Of a DNA stretch of 64,000 nucleotides, positions 61,392 through 64,000 are shown one piece after another. Position numbers and translations under genes: made by a program. The stretch comes from Eledone cirrhosa (lineage: Eukaryota), in the NCBI GenBank assembly GCA_964016885.1, contig OZ024740.1, positions 32,984,001 to 33,048,000 of the forward strand. Direction: 5' to 3'. The notes beneath the pieces are model-generated. The model saw nothing but the letters and a program-made list of their open reading frames with translations, did no database searches and had not been told where the DNA came from. Every line of letters begins with the position of its first letter. The stretch's first letter is position 1.

Positions 61392-64000
61392 TCATCATCA
61401 TCATCATCATCACCGTTTTACGTCCGTTCTTCCACGCTAGCATGGGTTAGACGGGTTGTCCTGTTGTGGGCAGTGTCTGGTCGGCTGACCATGCCTTGCT
61501 CATACAGGAACTGATCTGGCTTGATTTCTACAGCTAGATGCCCTTCCTAACACCAACCTCATTTACAGTGAGTGCTGGGTGCTTTTTCGTGGCGCCTACA
61601 CGTCCACTTTACAGTGTGGGCTGGGTGCTTTTTTGCCGTGGCACCTCCACGACCACCTTGCGGTGGGGGGGGGGGGGGGGGCATATTGTTTATATGCTTC
61701 AGCATGTACCCATGGGAGGTCGGGTACCCTGTATTACTGCGTGACGCCAGAAGTCACGGTCGTGTGTCATTGACTTTGAGAGGTGTAGTTGGGTAAGGTC
61801 GGCTTTTATCACCTCATCCCAAGTCATCTTGGGTCTCCCCACTCCGCGGTTTCCATCAACTTCTAGTGCTCTGCACCTTTTTATGCAGCTGTCATCCTTC
61901 ATACGCATCACATGTCCATACCAGCGTAACCGCCTCTCCTGCACGCAGCATTTGATTCCTCTTATGCTCAGTCTCTCTCTCAATTCATTTATGCTTTGTC
62001 GTTCACGTATATTACTGTTACACATCCATCGGAGCATGCAGGCTTCGTTTCTCTCTAATCTACGTAAGTCTTCCACCTTCAGCGCCCAGGTCTCACTACC
62101 ATGCAACATCGCTGTTCGGATACACGCATCATACAGTCTGCCTTTCATTCTGAGGGAGAAGCCTTTTGCAGCTAGCAGTGGTAGTAGTTCCCTAAACTTC
62201 TTCCATCCCGTTCTTACCCTAGTTATTGTACTTTCTGAGCACCCACCTCCGTTGCTAATTCGGTCACCTAGGTAGCAGAAGCTGTCTACTGTTTCTACAG
62301 GGCCCTCCCAGAGATTGGTGGTACTTGTTTCCTGTGGCTGTTTGCTTGCTGTTTCAGCACAGCTGCTGCATGTGAATCCTACATTCTTAATTAAGCTTCC
62401 TGAGATCCCGCTACATCTCTTGTGTACCCATTGTTTGCATTTGGGGCAAAGAATGGAGTTCCTACCTACACCTTTCCTACATACTGAGCAAGGCCATTTC
62501 CCTGAGGGGATCTGGGTTCTGTTTTCTCGTCTACTTATAAGGACCTTAGTCTTTGTCATGTTGACTTTGAGGCCCTTTCTCTCTAGTCCCTGCTTCCAGG
62601 TTTGGAATTTATTCTCTAGTTCTACCATAGATTCAGCTATGAGTGCGAGGTCATCAGCATACAGGAGTTCCCATGGGCATCCGGTCTTAAACTCCTCCGT
62701 TATTGCCTGCAGGACTATGATGAACAGGAGAGGGCTAAGAACAGAGCCCTGGTGGACCCCAACCTGTACGCTAAATTCCTCGCTATACTCATTGCCAATC
62801 CTAACTTTGCTGACTGCTCCCCTATACATAGCTTGTACCGCTTTCACAAGCCATTCATCTACTCCTAGTTTTCTAAGAGCCCACCAGATTACTGCACGTG
62901 GAACTCTGTCAAAGGCTTTCTCAAGGTCGACAAATGCCAAGTAGAGTGGCTTACTTTTAGCTAGGTACTTTTCCTGTAATTGCCTCACAAGGAAGAGCGC
63001 ATCAGTGGTGCCTTTCCCTGGTACAAACCCAAATTGCATCTCGTCTATATTCACCCGGTCCCTAATCAGCTGTGCTATAACTCTTTCTGTTACTTTCATG
63101 ACCTGGTCCATCAACTTTATACCTCTATCTAGTGCATCGCCTTTACCTTTGTAGCAGTTGACAATGATGCTACTGCACCAATCTTTTGGTATGGCCCCCT
63201 CTAGTATTACCTGGTTAACGATACGTGTGGTTATAGTGTGACCTACAGACCCAGATGCCTTCAGCATCTCGGCAGCTATACCCAATGGACCGGTTGCCTT
63301 CCCTATCTTCATATCTCTGATTGCCTTACTTACTACGCTGCCGCTGACTTGTACTGCTGGTCCCTCTATAGGGTCTACGTGGGGTAGGGTCTCTTCTTCC
63401 CATGCATTCTCCTCATTTAGTAATCTATCATAATGACTCTTCCATGCATCTTTCTTCTCAGCACTTGTGAGGGCAAGCTCACCTTTATCATTCCGGATAC
63501 ACTTCTCTCCAATGACATCACAACTATCTCTGACACACTGCCTCGCAATCTTGAATACCTCCTGTTTCTGGTCCTCACGTTGTAAAACATGCTTGAATTT
63601 TCTATCCTCTGCTTCCCTCCTAGCTAAGTATACTTGTCGCCTAGCTTCCCTCTTGGTCTCTATGTAATGTACCCTGCTCCCCCCGTTCTTCCATTCTTTC
63701 CATGCCTGTCTCTTGGCCTTGACTGCTTCATCTACCTTATTGTTCCACCACCAAGTCACTCTCCTCCTGCTTGAGGTCTTACTCCAGTCACAAACCTCAT
63801 CCGTCGCCTCTAGTAAGTTATTTTTTAAGAACTCCCAGTTCTCTTCTACGTTAAATGTCTCTATCTGTTCTTCTTTACTGTCGTAGGCGTTGAGTAAAAT
63901 ATCTTTAAATCTGTTACTGGTTGAGGGGACTTTCAGCTTCCAGATCTTTCTTCTCCAGGTTGGCCTCTGTTTCAGGGCTCGTCTAGTTCTGACCGTGAGG
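61392..64000 (-). mobile_element. RTE-clade non-LTR retrotransposon, 3' 2.6 kb (continues beyond window); ~290-bp 3' UTR and (ATG)n tail
   Basis: RT motifs QFGFVPGKGTTDA, FVDLEKAFDRV, GVHQGSVLSPLLF, YADD, YLGD, RLRWYGHV. Confidence 0.96.
61699..63999 (-). CDS. RTE LINE ORF (RT with inserted C4HC3 finger), open to the window edge; true start lies outside
   Basis: Frame stays open 80 codons upstream of the listed 63759 start (LTVRTRRALKQRPTWRRKIWKLK...). Confidence 0.9.
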   Translation of the reverse strand, partial: LTVRTRRALKQRPTWRRKIWKLKVPSTSNRFKDILLNAYDSKEEQIETFNVEENWEFLKNNLLEATDEVCDWSKTSSRRRVTWWWNNKVDEAVKAKRQAWKEWKNGGSRVHYIETKREARRQVYLARREAEDRKFKHVLQREDQKQEVFKIARQCVRDSCDVIGEKCIRNDKGELALTSAEKKDAWKSHYDRLLNEENAWEEETLPHVDPIEGPAVQVSGSVVSKAIRDMKIGKATGPLGIAAEMLKASGSVGHTITTRIVNQVILEGAIPKDWCSSIIVNCYKGKGDALDRGIKLMDQVMKVTERVIAQLIRDRVNIDEMQFGFVPGKGTTDALFLVRQLQEKYLAKSKPLYLAFVDLEKAFDRVPRAVIWWALRKLGVDEWLVKAVQAMYRGAVSKVRIGNEYSEEFSVQVGVHQGSVLSPLLFIIVLQAITEEFKTGCPWELLYADDLALIAESMVELENKFQTWKQGLERKGLKVNMTKTKVLISRRENRTQIPSGKWPCSVCRKGVGRNSILCPKCKQWVHKRCSGISGSLIKNVGFTCSSCAETASKQPQETSTTNLWEGPVETVDSFCYLGDRISNGGGCSESTITRVRTGWKKFRELLPLLAAKGFSLRMKGRLYDACIRTAMLHGSETWALKVEDLRRLERNEACMLRWMCNSNIRERQSINELRERLSIRGIKCCVQERRLRWYGHVMRMKDDSCIKRCRALEVDGNRGVGRPKMTWDEVIKADLTQLHLSKSMTHDRDFWRHAVIQGTRPPMGTC

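Noticed and set aside
61829-63667. Plus-strand ORFs opposite the LINE
   Set aside because: Antisense shadows of the RT ORF; also seen opposite other copies (16691-17191)

Overview
AT-rich animal genomic DNA; the repeat content (RTE-clade LINEs, tRNA-derived SINEs with (ATG)n tails, very long minisatellites) suggests an octopod cephalopod, which is an inference. Two spliced genes lie on the minus strand, both largely missed by the ORF track. (1) A three-dsRBD TRBP/PACT/Loquacious-family gene has six core coding exons between 42395 and 14693 whose phases join into a 312-aa frame. It also has two candidate in-frame microexons (27 nt at 42726-42752, 21 nt at 30176-30196) and a probable ~4.2-kb 3' UTR. 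(2) The first two coding exons of a KDM6A/UTX-like histone demethylase (4214-4132, 3829-3766) follow twin CCAAT boxes, and the gene runs off the left edge. Roughly 40-45% of the window is tandem repeat (32-, 40-, 35-, 21-, 39-, 60-, 69-, 28- and 49-bp units). The two ~3400-aa ORFs are most likely by-products of the 60-bp array. Mobile elements include a long open RTE-type LINE at the right edge with a C4HC3 PHD-like finger inserted inside its RT region, decayed RTE and CR1/L2 pieces, several SINE families, piggyBac-, hAT- and mariner-like MITEs, and head-to-tail non-autonomous Helitrons. I cannot demonstrate a new biological system. The best leads are the PHD-in-RT LINE with its partner SINE, the TRBP/Loqs linker microexon and intronic hairpin, and two satellites whose transposon origin is visible in the sequence.
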